A stretch of DNA of 63,506 bases, the filler included, from Craspedostauros australis (taxonomy: Eukaryota), in the NCBI GenBank assembly GCA_030167865.1. It is 5 parts of 5 records of this genome, joined end to end, with 100 filler letters (N's around TTAATTAATTAA, not from the genome) between each part and the next. Parts side by side here need not be neighbours in the genome. Positions count along the whole stretch, not along the records: positions 1 to 27,873 come from JALAGF010000052.1; 4 more parts are not named here. One strand, given 5' to 3'. Within the stretch, counting starts at the first letter, position 1, and every line of letters starts with the position of its first letter. The notes beneath the pieces are model-generated. The model was not told the origin of the DNA and did not search any database. It worked only from the letters and a program-made list of their open reading frames with translations. The translations under genes and the position numbers were made by a program. Of the stretch, positions 9,910 through 21,200 are shown piece after piece.

Positions 9910-10230
9910 TTGATTGCAGAGGAGGATGGAGGAAGTTTGGATACGCATCGCTCGGAGCAAGTTCGTTCAACGCGTGCATGGCCGCGCAACAGATCAAGAT
10001 GATGCCATGATAAACTAATGTGGAGCAGGGCGATGTTTCAAGGGAATGAGACATCTATTTTACATTGTTCCAAGTTGAGACCCTTCGCTTCATCATCTGT
10101 TCGTCCATCAGCGTGCACCGTTTGGGTTGGTCTTGAATTCATTCAGTTTGTGTCAAGAGAAGGGGTATTGTGGACGTCACTTCGCTTCATTTCACTTCCG
10201 CTGATCTGATTTGCATGTTGCGACGGCTAC

Positions 10231-11796
10231 TTACGCCAGCACGTACTCCTCCTTGACCTCGACAACATCTGGATCGACCGGCGCGTCATCTTCAGACTTC
10301 ATGAAGTAAAAGACGATAAAAAAGAGACCACCGATGAGGACGGCGATGGAGGCAAATGTCAGCGGATGGACTTTCGATGGGTCGACGGCAGCCTGCTTGA
10401 CGGTTCTGGCATCCGGTATCGAAGGGAAGAAGCTGGAGGATGCCTCGTTCTCCTGGTAGGTTCCAGATCTGCTGGAATCGTAGACGTTGTTGTAGTTGCT
10501 GCCCGCGAGGACGTCGGATGCGACGGCCGCGCACATGGCGTCGGTATCGTACTGATACTCCGAGATGACGTCGAAGTTCATGTCGGTCATGTACTGCTGC
10601 CACATATCTTGCCCGTTGTTATTGTAGTTGTTGTTGTTGCCATTGTTGTTGTTGCCGTTCGTGTTGCATGTGTCCAAGTTGATGGCATCGGCTGTCAGCT
10701 GGTCGCAAACGTCTCCGATGTTGGCGTACATTTCTTCCAGCTGCTCCTCGCATTCGTCAATGTCATTGTATTGGCCGTACTCGTTGAGGCTACAGGGGTC
10801 GTCACCGTTGATCTGTTGGTAGTCGTTGACGTACTGGGTCTCGCCGCCGAAGCATTCGTACTTGTTTGTGAACATGAAGTTCAGTGCCTCTTGCGACTTG
10901 TACATGTACGTCCATGTGGTGGAACCGCTCTCGATGAAGTCGATGTACTTGGCATTGGGGACATACAGAGTGCAGTACTGGTCCGCGAAGATGCCGATCT
11001 CGAAGGCGTCGCCATCGTCGTCGCAGATCCATCCGGCTGACACGTAGTCCAGCTGGGCTTCGATCGACTCGGTTGAGAGCTGGTAGCCGCTGTTCATGGC
11101 CATGCAGGACATGCCCTCGATGTACTCGGCGACCTCATCCCAACCGTTCGCTTCGTACTGCCCGTACTGGTTGAAGCACTGCAGATTGGAGCAGACGCTG
11201 CAGTCGATGATCTCGTACTTCTCGCCCTTGTAAAAGTAGGCCAGGCCGCTGGCATCTGTGGACTTGTATCCCACGTTGCTACAAAAGTAAGAGTTGGCCT
11301 GACAACCGGTGCAGTACTCCTCCACCTCCTGCGGCATGTAACCCAACGTCGATGCGATGAAGGTGTCGATGTCCACCATGTACGTGCGGGTGTATTCATG
11401 GTAGGAGTCGTCGTCGCAGCCATCCGGGTGGGTGCACAGATCGATAACCACGTAACTGCGTTGGGAGATGAGCTCCCCCGCGGAGGCCAGCTCCAGGTAC
11501 CCCTCCGCCAGAAGATTGTCATCCTGAATGGACAACGATCTGCAGCTGTTGAATTTGACAGACATTTGCCCCGTTACCTCGAAGTACGCGTCTTCCAAAG
11601 ATCTGCTGCCTTTGCCTTGGTCATACGGGATGGCATTCTCCAACAGCCGTTTCCTGTCGACTCTTCCGGATTGCAGCAATGCGTTCACCTCCTTCTTCGA
11701 GACGCGGGTCTGTCTGCCATGTTGCTGCGAGTGAGCTTTGGATGCTGTTGTCACAGCCGCGACGGCGCTCATCAACGCAAACGAAAGGACCTTCAT
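10231..11796 (-). CDS. Silicanin (Sin1)-like type I membrane protein, 521 aa
   Basis: Signal peptide and RXL site (RSLED). Acidic Cys/Asn/Gln/Tyr-rich lumenal domain with silicanin-style motifs (SVKFNSC, YVVIDLC, YMVDIDTF, GWICDDDGDAFEIGIFADQYC) and a poly-Asn tract. One C-terminal TM helix with a short cytosolic tail. Confidence 0.75.
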   Translation of the reverse strand: MKVLSFALMSAVAAVTTASKAHSQQHGRQTRVSKKEVNALLQSGRVDRKRLLENAIPYDQGKGSRSLEDAYFEVTGQMSVKFNSCRSLSIQDDNLLAEGYLELASAGELISQRSYVVIDLCTHPDGCDDDSYHEYTRTYMVDIDTFIASTLGYMPQEVEEYCTGCQANSYFCSNVGYKSTDASGLAYFYKGEKYEIIDCSVCSNLQCFNQYGQYEANGWDEVAEYIEGMSCMAMNSGYQLSTESIEAQLDYVSAGWICDDDGDAFEIGIFADQYCTLYVPNAKYIDFIESGSTTWTYMYKSQEALNFMFTNKYECFGGETQYVNDYQQINGDDPCSLNEYGQYNDIDECEEQLEEMYANIGDVCDQLTADAINLDTCNTNGNNNNGNNNNYNNNGQDMWQQYMTDMNFDVISEYQYDTDAMCAAVASDVLAGSNYNNVYDSSRSGTYQENEASSSFFPSIPDARTVKQAAVDPSKVHPLTFASIAVLIGGLFFIVFYFMKSEDDAPVDPDVVEVKEEYVLA

Positions 11797-12618
11797 GGTT
11801 GATTGCTTCTGATTGTTGCTTTTGCCTACTGGTTGCTACTGATTGCTACTGGTTGTTGCTTCCGCAGAGGACAAAAGTATACTTCTGGACTCTCTCTCTC
11901 TCTCTCTCTTTGCAGAGTTGAACGTGTTAACGCAGACTCTGTCCTTTGGATCTTGGTGTATCAGTTGATGCTGATGAAGGGTCGATGTCGTTGGTTGAGT
12001 GGATGACAACGAGATGATGGCATTGATTTTCGCGATAGCGATTGTCGACGATGCAAAGATGCAGACTTTGATTTGACGGAGGTTCGCTGGCTTGTTTTTC
12101 CACTCTCAGTACTCAACAACAAAAGATGAGCGAGATGGAGTTGGTGTTGGTGGCAGACGGCCAACATTGTTCGGTGCCTCCAATTCAGCGACTGTGTTGG
12201 AGGAGATTGGCGAGCGCAAACCATGACTTTTAACGTCCAAGCGTTATATTTTCTAAGACAAACGGAACACTGTTGAATGGGACATGACACATCCAATGAT
12301 GCAGACAAAGTGACATCACACAAACAAACGTGACAGAAAATCATCCGTGTTTCGAATTTCAAATTCATGCCAAACCAAAGTCGCATCACACACACGAAAA
12401 CTCAACAGAGAAACTGCATCCATGAACTTGGCAAAGAGAACAGAGCAGGAAGCCAGAGCCAGCGTTGTTCATCGTCCATCACTCATCATCTGCCATACCT
12501 CGCACATAATCATAAGCATACTCAGACGCCTACTCTCGATTATACAGTCCCAAGCGAGGCACAGCAATCATACAAGTACGAGTAGGGGGAGTTTTTGCCA
12601 AAGTGAGAGAGAGGGACC

Positions 12619-13320
12619 ATGCCATCCGACAGCAACTACGCCGCAGTGACGCGACACCGCCTGCCCAACTCCAAATCCGGCCGCCCGCCGTTGGACATCG
12701 TTGACGAAGAGTGGGCCAAGGACGCGCTGAGTGATGACGAGGTGGACATCATGCGACACGAGGCAACAATAGCGCCTTTGATGGAGGAGGGTGAGCTGGA
12801 TGCCGATGCAATCGTGGTGTCTCCCACGGGCAACTCTTCTTCTGCCGCCAACACAGGTGAGTTTGATTGTGCGTCCTCGTACTCGTTCCCGTGCTCTATA
12901 CCATACCGTATAAAACAACAATGCCCATTCAACAACATCAACACACGTAGCATTCGACCAAATGTTGACACAGAGTTGCACCTGCCCAAGCCACGAGGGT
13001 GCGACAGATTGCGCCCTCTTTGCGCCATACGAAACGCCGAAGCATTGCAAACTCACACAGAGCGCGCTGATCCGTTCTTCTATCATCATCCTCGCCATCA
13101 TCATCATCTCCTTGCTATTATCCGGTGCGTTGCAAATGCACTTTCTGGTGTCATCTCTGCGCATGGATTGTAACACATAGCCGCGGAACGAAGGAGACGA
13201 GAGGAGGGGTGGAACGATCTTGGTCTGGATCAGCTGGATCAACACAGATCCGTCTCCAATGGAGGCGGCGGTAGCGGGGGGAGCTCTGCCTCCAGATCAA
13301 GATCCGCGGCACCAAGATGA
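12619..13320 (+). CDS. APC13: Anaphase-promoting complex subunit 13-like; join(12619..12856,13181..13320), 125 aa
   Basis: Exon 1 has LDIVDEEWAKDALSDDEV. A phase-1 GTGAGT...CATAG intron (12857-13180) restores the frame to RRREEGWNDLGLDQL. Both blocks match the Apc13 pattern LD.IDD.W..D.L...D / E..W.DL.L. Confidence 0.75.
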
Positions 13321-14285
13321 ACTGCCGCTCCTTCGGTGAATATCATCTTTGCGTCAATGATTCGTTGGGTCACTACAGCTCATTTCACTCGGTGGTTGAT
13401 TGTGCGGCACAACGGGAGAGAAGAACGCCAGACGTTGTTCCTGCTTGGACGTCACTATCAATAGGACTGAGTGTGTGCACATCGTTGACAAGGCCTTCGT
13501 CGACCCAAATACTTTCAAAAAATAGAATATAATACCTACGTACTCTTACTCGGATGGTACTTAGAGTAGAGTACAGTCAAGTGGATACATCACGACTCGT
13601 ACATCTTTACGCTGCAGGTCCTCGCCTTGCAACACAGATGTTATTCCATGAACGCAATGCAATGTTCGTCGTTATCGCTCTGTGTATCAGAGGTGAATGC
13701 CAATAACAGCCGCCTTGGTCAAAGCAGCGCACAGCTTGGTGTGGGACATGTGTGGAGAGAACACGATCGTGTGACGACGATGGTGCGCTTCAAGATTTAG
13801 TGAGTCCCATCACTATTTCTCTTTCGTTTTCAGGTGTCACTAGTAGTGTAATTACATATGTTACCGCGTATCCCAAGGTGATGTCGACAAGTCATACGAC
13901 TCAAAACACGGGACGATGTGTTCGAGCACACATGCTGGGGTTCTCATTTTCGATTGACATCAACAGCAGGCGTTCGTTTCACATGGTCTGTTTGTTCTCT
14001 TCGTCTGACTTCCTTGTTCCTCCTCAGCTGCGCTCCGAAGTGTTCGCGTCAGACACACAGAGAACGGAACAAGTACACAGACCACCAAACACACATCGCC
14101 GCGCACATGTCCCACCCTCCATCACCTTCCTCCGCACTCTCCGTCCATGCGAACCGTGAGGAAAGGATTCCGCCCGAGATCTTGGCAGCAAACTCACAAT
14201 TTCTCAAAAGCCAAACAAGAAATCAACAAACCACCACAGCTCTAACGAATCAATACCACAACAACAACAACAACAACAAGCCAAG

Positions 14286-15338
14286 ATGAAAGTCGCCTTC
14301 GTTCTCTCCCTCCTCGTCGCCTCGGCAACTGCCTTCCAGGTCGCACCACACGCCCGAGCCGTAAGTGCAATCGATGTTGTTGGCTCTGGGCCTCGTGGTG
14401 GTTCTTTTGTGTTTGCGGTATTTCGCAGACGAGCACCACCGTGACCCCAAAAAGGAGCGTCAGTCATTGTCCTCGTATCCAAACGGAACAGAAGATTCAC
14501 GGCTTCCAGCTTCGACCAAAATACGCTTTGGAATCGTCGGCCATCTTCCTCACACCGTTGTGGCTCTCTCTCTCTCTCTCTCTCTTGCTGTCTCCATCTC
14601 TTTTTCTATCGACATTGCTCTGCATTTGCATCGCATTGCATTGGTCTTCTTTTCCTTCTGTTGCTTTGCTCGCCAATGCGCCGATGACACATGGTGTTCC
14701 ATTTCTCTGCGGCGGCTTGGATCCCGATCGTGCTGCGTGCCTCCCGGATCTGTCATCGCTATCGTACTTGCGACGGCACCAACCATGGCAATGATGCTAT
14801 ATCTGCGGTGATATTGACAACTATACGCGGCCCGTGCTATTCCACCGGACGTACACACACGCGCAAATGCAAATGCAAACGCACAATCAATATCGGGTGT
14901 GCATGAACAACCACACACGCACCATAACAAGCGCAGCCAACCCAGCTCGGCCTGATGACACCGCAAGAGACGGAGGCCATCATCTCACAGGCGAAGGAAT
15001 GTACCGAGGGCGAGTGTGACGTCAGTGAAGTCAGCGAGCTCATCGATGCCCTCAAGGAGCAGCAAAAGGAGCTGCACACCCGAGTGAAGAAGGTCAGAAC
15101 CACCGTCCAAGCCTTGGAGAAGGTGAACTCCTCCCTGGACCGCAAGGAGGATGAGGTCCGCGAGACTGTTCGTGCTGTCTGGCGTATCTTCCAGCTCGGC
15201 GACAAGGCCAGCGGAAACGACTATCCGTCGCTCTCTCAGCCAACTGGATGGAGTGGTGAGGTCGGCGACGGCCCAAAGACTGCGTACGACGTCCTCGCAC
15301 CAAAGCAGATCAAGAGCAAGAACCAGCCATCCCCATAA
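14286..15338 (+). CDS. Plastid-targeted small helical protein, paralog A; join(14286..14360,14937..15338), ~158 aa
   Basis: Signal peptide ending ATA-F (ASAFAP-type). Phase-0 GTAAGT...GCAG intron. Mature part has ECTEGEC, a coiled-coil stretch and PTGWSGEVGDGPKTAYD, and is clearly similar to paralog B. Confidence 0.8.
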
Positions 15339-16325
15339 CTTGGGCGGCCGATGAGCATATTACCTCATAGCACAGTCCACCCGACCCCACCAGACTATGC
15401 AAGATAGCACCACGCGCTGCGCAAGACATTCACTTGTCCAAGACAACAAACGACGGACTAGGCATACCAAAGAATGTCGCAGAAGCCAGAAGCAACAATA
15501 TTATCAGATAATCGATTAGACAAAAATAAACAATCATAGCCACATCGAAAACACCAAGCACGTAAAGGTCATTTGGCGTCGATAGTTGATCAGCTTGTGT
15601 CGTTGCGTCGATGCTGTCGGCCATGATTTCATGGGGGCAAAAGTTGCAGAGTTTACACGGGGCATTCGTGGGATCATTGAGCCTCGTGCATACTCGCTCC
15701 CTGTTGCCCTTGTAGCCTTATTGTCGCTTCTGTCACCTCTGGTGATGGGCAAGAGTATGTTTGAGGCGGACGATGGATGCGATCAGTGTTTGACGACTGC
15801 ACTATGATACCAGCGTCGACGATGATGGTGGTCGCGATGGCAATGGAAATGATCAGAGCATTTGTCGATGCCAACGACGACGACACCTTTGCGTCGACAA
15901 CTACTCTCCACGCATCCCCAAGTGCGAATATTGTGATTTTGATGTTGATATTGATGTTGTTGCTATTTGTTGTGTTATTTCTGGTATTGTGTGGTGTCTT
16001 GGAGTCTTCTTGCCGTGTGTGTGCTGGCTGCGATCTCCTCGGGTGTGCTATCTGTCATGCGCTGCGACGATGGTCTTGCCAGCTGGCTGCTGCTTGGCTT
16101 GTCCGAAAGTAATTCACTCATTCAATGCAATCCATGCATTCGCTGCAATATTTGCGCTTCACCGATGATGCACACACCCTGGCATTTCGTCTCTCGCGGA
16201 GATGCTACAATCGGTGGTTTCGGCATCTCCTCAAAACTTGCCAAAAGCCTCCATCAGTAGAGCCTAAGCTCATGCGCCGCGTTGTTCTGCATTATGGGCA
16301 TTGCGAAAGCAATGTGCCACGATGC

Positions 16326-17424
16326 CTATTGCTTGTCGGCTGGAGACCATTTCTTTGGTGGGAAGGCATCGTACGCGGTTGTTGGACCGTCGCCAATGTC
16401 TCCAACGAATCCGGTTGGGAACACGTTTGGCTTCTGTTATTGGTTGATGTGGGCGAGAAGTTGCAGAGAATACGTGAGTGATGAGAGGCAGCAAGATGAT
16501 GGGGGATCGTTGTGGCGAGAGCAACAAGGCAATCAGGGGTGAGAACGGAGCGTGGCGCATGCGAGAACATAAACCTGGTGGCTTGGAGTAGTTTACTCTG
16601 CTCAGGTTCACATGTCCGCGAGGGAGCAGGCCGACCATGCGGGTGGGGCGCAGAAGAGATTGCGATCATGGGCCAGGGTCGCACTTACATCGGTGTTGAA
16701 GACACGGAGCATATCCGACACGAACTGGCGGACCTCCTCCTTTTTTCGCTTCTTGCTGTCGTTGGCATGCTGCAATGCGGCGATCATGTTCATGATCTTC
16801 TCCAATCGGGCATTGAGCTCCTTCTCGGTCCCCTTCAGCTCGCGGACCAGATCGTCGACGTCGCTCGTGGAGCACTCCGAGTTGGCGCAGTCCTCCGCCT
16901 TCTTCAGAATCTCGTTGGTCTCAGCCTCGGTCATGATGAGGTTCTGGGCGGTGGGGGAAGCCACGGCGGTCTGTAAATGGTATCGTTGTTGTCGGCGTCA
17001 CGATCATAAACATCACCGTTATCGTCGTGGTTGGTGAACGTGTCCAACGAGGGAAGACGGCGGCGACGACGACGAATAAGAGAGAGAGAGAGAGAAAGGA
17101 ATGGAATGGGGATGGCGAGGTTTAGTTTTCTGGCACGCATGGATGATCTCACCCACGCTCGGGCACACTCGGATTTCGTGTCTCCACGATGATACCGACA
17201 GGTGCGGGTCGTGGAGAATCATTGCGGAAGCGAACGAATCTTCGGCGTGACACGCGGCGAAGAATGAAGCCATCACATCGGAAGCCGTTTCTGGACATAC
17301 TGCTGGTGGATCGCATGATGGAAGCTCCTCATGCACTTACTGCGCGGTTCATCGCGGCCGGTGGGACGGTGAAGGCGTTTGCGGCCGTTGCCAAAAGGAA
17401 GAGGAAGGAGGTGAATCGGGCCAT
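16326..17424 (-). CDS. Plastid-targeted small helical protein, paralog B; complement(join(16326..16433,16689..16970,17341..17424)), 157 aa
   Basis: Signal peptide ending ANA-F. Two phase-0 GTAAGT...CAG introns. Mature part has DCANSEC and a coiled coil; the last exon encodes KPNVFPTGFVGDIGDGPTTAYDAFPPKKWSPADKQ*. Confidence 0.8.
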
Positions 17425-18228
17425 GGTGGGATGCTGTTGTCTTGTTTTTAGTTTCGTTTCGTTGCGTGGTTGTGCTTTTCGTTTTCGTTTGCTGGATTTG
17501 CTTTTTGTGGGAATCTTTTGTTTCGTGTGCGTCCGCAGCTGCAGTGTTGGCCACGAGTACTCTGCAGTACGAGCGACCGTGACGGTTGTCCTTTCTCCTG
17601 TTGCTTTTGCGTGTGCTCTTGTTGGCTTTGTGGATGTGGATGGTTTTGATGGGTTCTCATTTTCCAAACAGGAACAGTTCTGCAATCAGCTCAAGAGCCA
17701 ATGAGAACTGGGGGGTGAAGGAACAGATGATTTCTTGGATACATTCCCGTCATCGCAGTTCGCATTCCAACACGACACAAGACACCTTGCGGAACGTGTC
17801 TGTTGCGGCGGCTGCTGCTTCGGGACCAGAAGCGACAAAGAAAGGACGGTCCGGCAGTGGAGGACGGTTCGAAGAAGACAGAGCAGAGGAAGCCTCTTGC
17901 GCAGAAGGGAGATGGGTGACCATCATGGCCCATCACATGACGGTGCAGGCAGCAAGCATCCCCATGACGCCAGCAACAAGAGCAGCTGTATCAACAGCGC
18001 CGGTGACAGCATCTTTCTCCGGATGCGGACACACACCAAATCATCAACGGAATCTGTGACAATGAGCAAAGAGAACAACAACAACAACGAATCAAGGCAG
18101 AGAGTGTTGAATCTCATGGGGAGTGAGAAGTGACACGCTATCGCGCTGGCTGTATCACCATGTACGAGTGTAGGAGCTCGCGATGGAGAAGAACGGAGTA
18201 CCGCAGACTACCTTATCGAAGAATTACG

Positions 18229-21200
18229 TCATGCCTTTCCGATCTTGGGACCGTTCTCGGGAAGGTCGCTGTGGAACAACCGCGCTATGATGGTGTTGTA
18301 CGCGATGTCTTCTTGCGGTCCGGATGCACCCCCGCCTGCTCCGTGGCTCGACCGCCCGGATGGGTGTTGCTTGCGGTGCCGCAAGGAGTGCGGGATCATG
18401 AGCGGCTCGCCTGATTCGCTGACGTTGTGAATCCAGCCTTGGCTGTCCTTGAGTCGCAGCCACGTCATGGTGTCACCTGGTCCTGTGACACGTTCAGTGA
18501 TAAGCACGCTCTCGCCACCCAGCAACGGCATGCCCGTGCGATCGGCAAGCAGCGATGGTCCCTTGTGGACGTGGATGCGTGCATCCAGCACGACGTTGTA
18601 CCGCCAACCCTGCCGGTGCCGTTCGATGCGCGGTTCGGTTGCGCATTCGTCGAGGAAGAGCTCGTCTTCGCTGAAAATCTGGACCCATTCTGCTTGCGTT
18701 GTGAGGCTGGTCAATGATCGGTACTCCGAGTGCACGTTATGCAGCCGAACGTGACGATTGCGATACAGCTTGGCGAAGCATTCAGACGGTGCATCGCTCT
18801 TGAACACGGTCATGACTTCGGAGGCGCGCAGGTATTCCCCACACTCGAAGCGGAAGAAAACGCCGTCGTCGGACTTGATGGATGGTGCCCTGTTCGATGG
18901 CCCCATGCGCACCTTGATGCCGGATCGTGCCTGAACGCGGAACCAGAAGGACCCAAGCCGGAATTCGGGTGATTGCACCGTCTCCACCACCGCTCTGCCG
19001 TTGAGCTGACGCGGAATCCAACCCTGGCCTCCACGTAACCTGGCGTACTCTAACTTCATCATTTGCTGTTCCCGCATAGCGTTGTTCTGCACCCAGGGAT
19101 CCACCTCCAAACACATTCCACAGGGAATGACCGTGGAGTAGGACATCTTGTCGCTGCTGGGTTGCATGAGGGCGCTGGGGAGACGGATGGGATACCTGCT
19201 GCTATCAACAGCTCCGCCCGCCGACGATGCAGCCTTGTTTGTTCCCCCTGCCCCTCCGCCATGTTGCAAGCCCTGCAGGTGGATGCTCGATCCGGCATTC
19301 GATTCCCCATCTCTCTTCTTCTGCGGTGTTCGGAACATGGCATCGAGGAAGGAGCTGCCGACGGACGATGCGACTTCGGAATTGCTCAAGCTGTTGCCAC
19401 CGCTAATTCCGGACGACCCTCCTGTTGATGATGTTGGCGATGTCTCTTCGTCCGAGAAGGTGTGAGAATGCGGTGGCAAGGATATCGCGACACCGCCCTT
19501 GGCAAGCACACGCAGGTAAACAGGCATGACACGGTCGTTGATCACGGCATTGCCCACTTCTTCGAATGCGCGCGTGGCCTCGCCTTCGCGGACGTTGGAG
19601 ACGGAGCCATGATAATGTCGGTACTGGTCATCGAGTTCGTGCTGGTAGGGAACGATCGCCCAGCCGCTGTTGTCGGAGAGCTTGATCAGGCCGGATCCGC
19701 CCTGGTTGATGAATGCGGCACCGCCTGCCTCCATGCGCTTGCATGCTTCGAACACAGTACCACGGGGCAGCTTGCGCGCCTTCGTGATGGAATCAAACAC
19801 GGCCGGGTTTCCCATCTTGCTCGTCAATGTCGTGGTGTGATTGCCGCCTGCCATGGTGGAGAAGATGGATTTGTTGCCAACGCCGCTTGCACCAGCTGCC
19901 GCGCCCGATCCTGCCGCGCTGTGCGACGTCAGACCGGAAACGCTGCTTGCTGCACCGGAACCGGCTGCGCTGTCATGGGCTGGAGACAGGTGTCCTGCCC
20001 CCGCCGGATTGCTGCCACGAATGAGGCTGTTGACTTGAAAATGTGGTGCATCCAGGATCTTTAACCCCCTGGGTGCATTGACGCGCATTAGAAAGAACGA
20101 GGGTTGTGCCTGCATCTGGTACTGCTGCTGGTGCCGCCTCAACATGGCCGAGCTGCCGTTCGAGACAGTACTTCGAGCGACGGATCGATCGGGTGTTGTG
20201 GCAACCCCGCTGCTGTTTGCAATTCGTTGTATGTGCGCGGCTGGGTCATTGCAGGATTCATCAGACAACAAGGATATGTTAGAAGATGGCGATAGCATGC
20301 CACCAGGACCATGCGCGTGCCCGTGAGCATTCCCATGAGCCTGGTTGTTGTTGTTGTTGTTTGCGGTAATCGTTTGGGTGTGATGACTCTTGTTCATGGG
20401 GGGTGAGGTGTCGCTGACGCTGTAGGATGACAAGGTGGATTGGTTGTGCAACATGCTGACGTCGGTCATTCGCGACACGCCGACCAACTGAGGCAACGGA
20501 CCGAGCCCATCCACCTCCTTCATGCTCTCCTGCCGTCTGCGAGGTGCCCTGTGCCTGCGGCGTGCCGATGACATTGGTGTCGCAATCGACGCTGCGCTAC
20601 CGGAAATCATGGAGACGATGCTGCTCGATTCGTCTGTCGCCGACGTGACCGTCATGGCATCATTGGGGACTTCTCGCATGGTGATGACAGTCCTGAAGTT
20701 CCTGTTGGTTGCGGAGGCGCTGTTTGGTATTCTTCGGTCCACCACCCAACCACGTCTGCGCGACAAGCGAAGGAAGACTGTGTTGGACTCTTCCATTGCA
20801 ATGCCGCGATTTGCATTGGCAGACGAGCCGATCGATCCCATGACAACGCGCAAGGATATCTCGTGCACCGTGCCGGGCAGAATCGTTGCCTTCGTTTTGG
20901 GAGCATCGAGCGATGGTCCTGTGAGGATCGCCAGAGGTGTTGGCGAGACCACTCGGTACCAGAATTGGCCAGTCTCGCAAAATGGTGCGCATGGCAATGG
21001 CTCCAAAATGGGAACACCGTGTCGACGAGAAAAGATGTAGCCATGATGTGATATGTCATCCCTTTCTTCCGCACTTCCTGTCACAGATTGCTGTTGCTGT
21101 CGCTGCTGTGTGTGGCCGATGCCGTTGATTTCTTTGCTTCGGGGGATGCTTGGTTCCCCAGTTTTGATGGTGCTGCTCGTGATCGTGCTCTCAACCTCGG

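Noticed and set aside
12857..13173. C-terminal part of the 184-aa ORF 12619-13173
   Set aside because: Better explained as intron read-through; splicing yields the conserved APC13 motif.
14286..17424. Calling the plastid paralogs CP12 or PYCO1
   Set aside because: They lack the CP12 AWD.VEEL motif and the repetitive disordered architecture of PYCO1; only a Cys pair and a single KWSP are shared.
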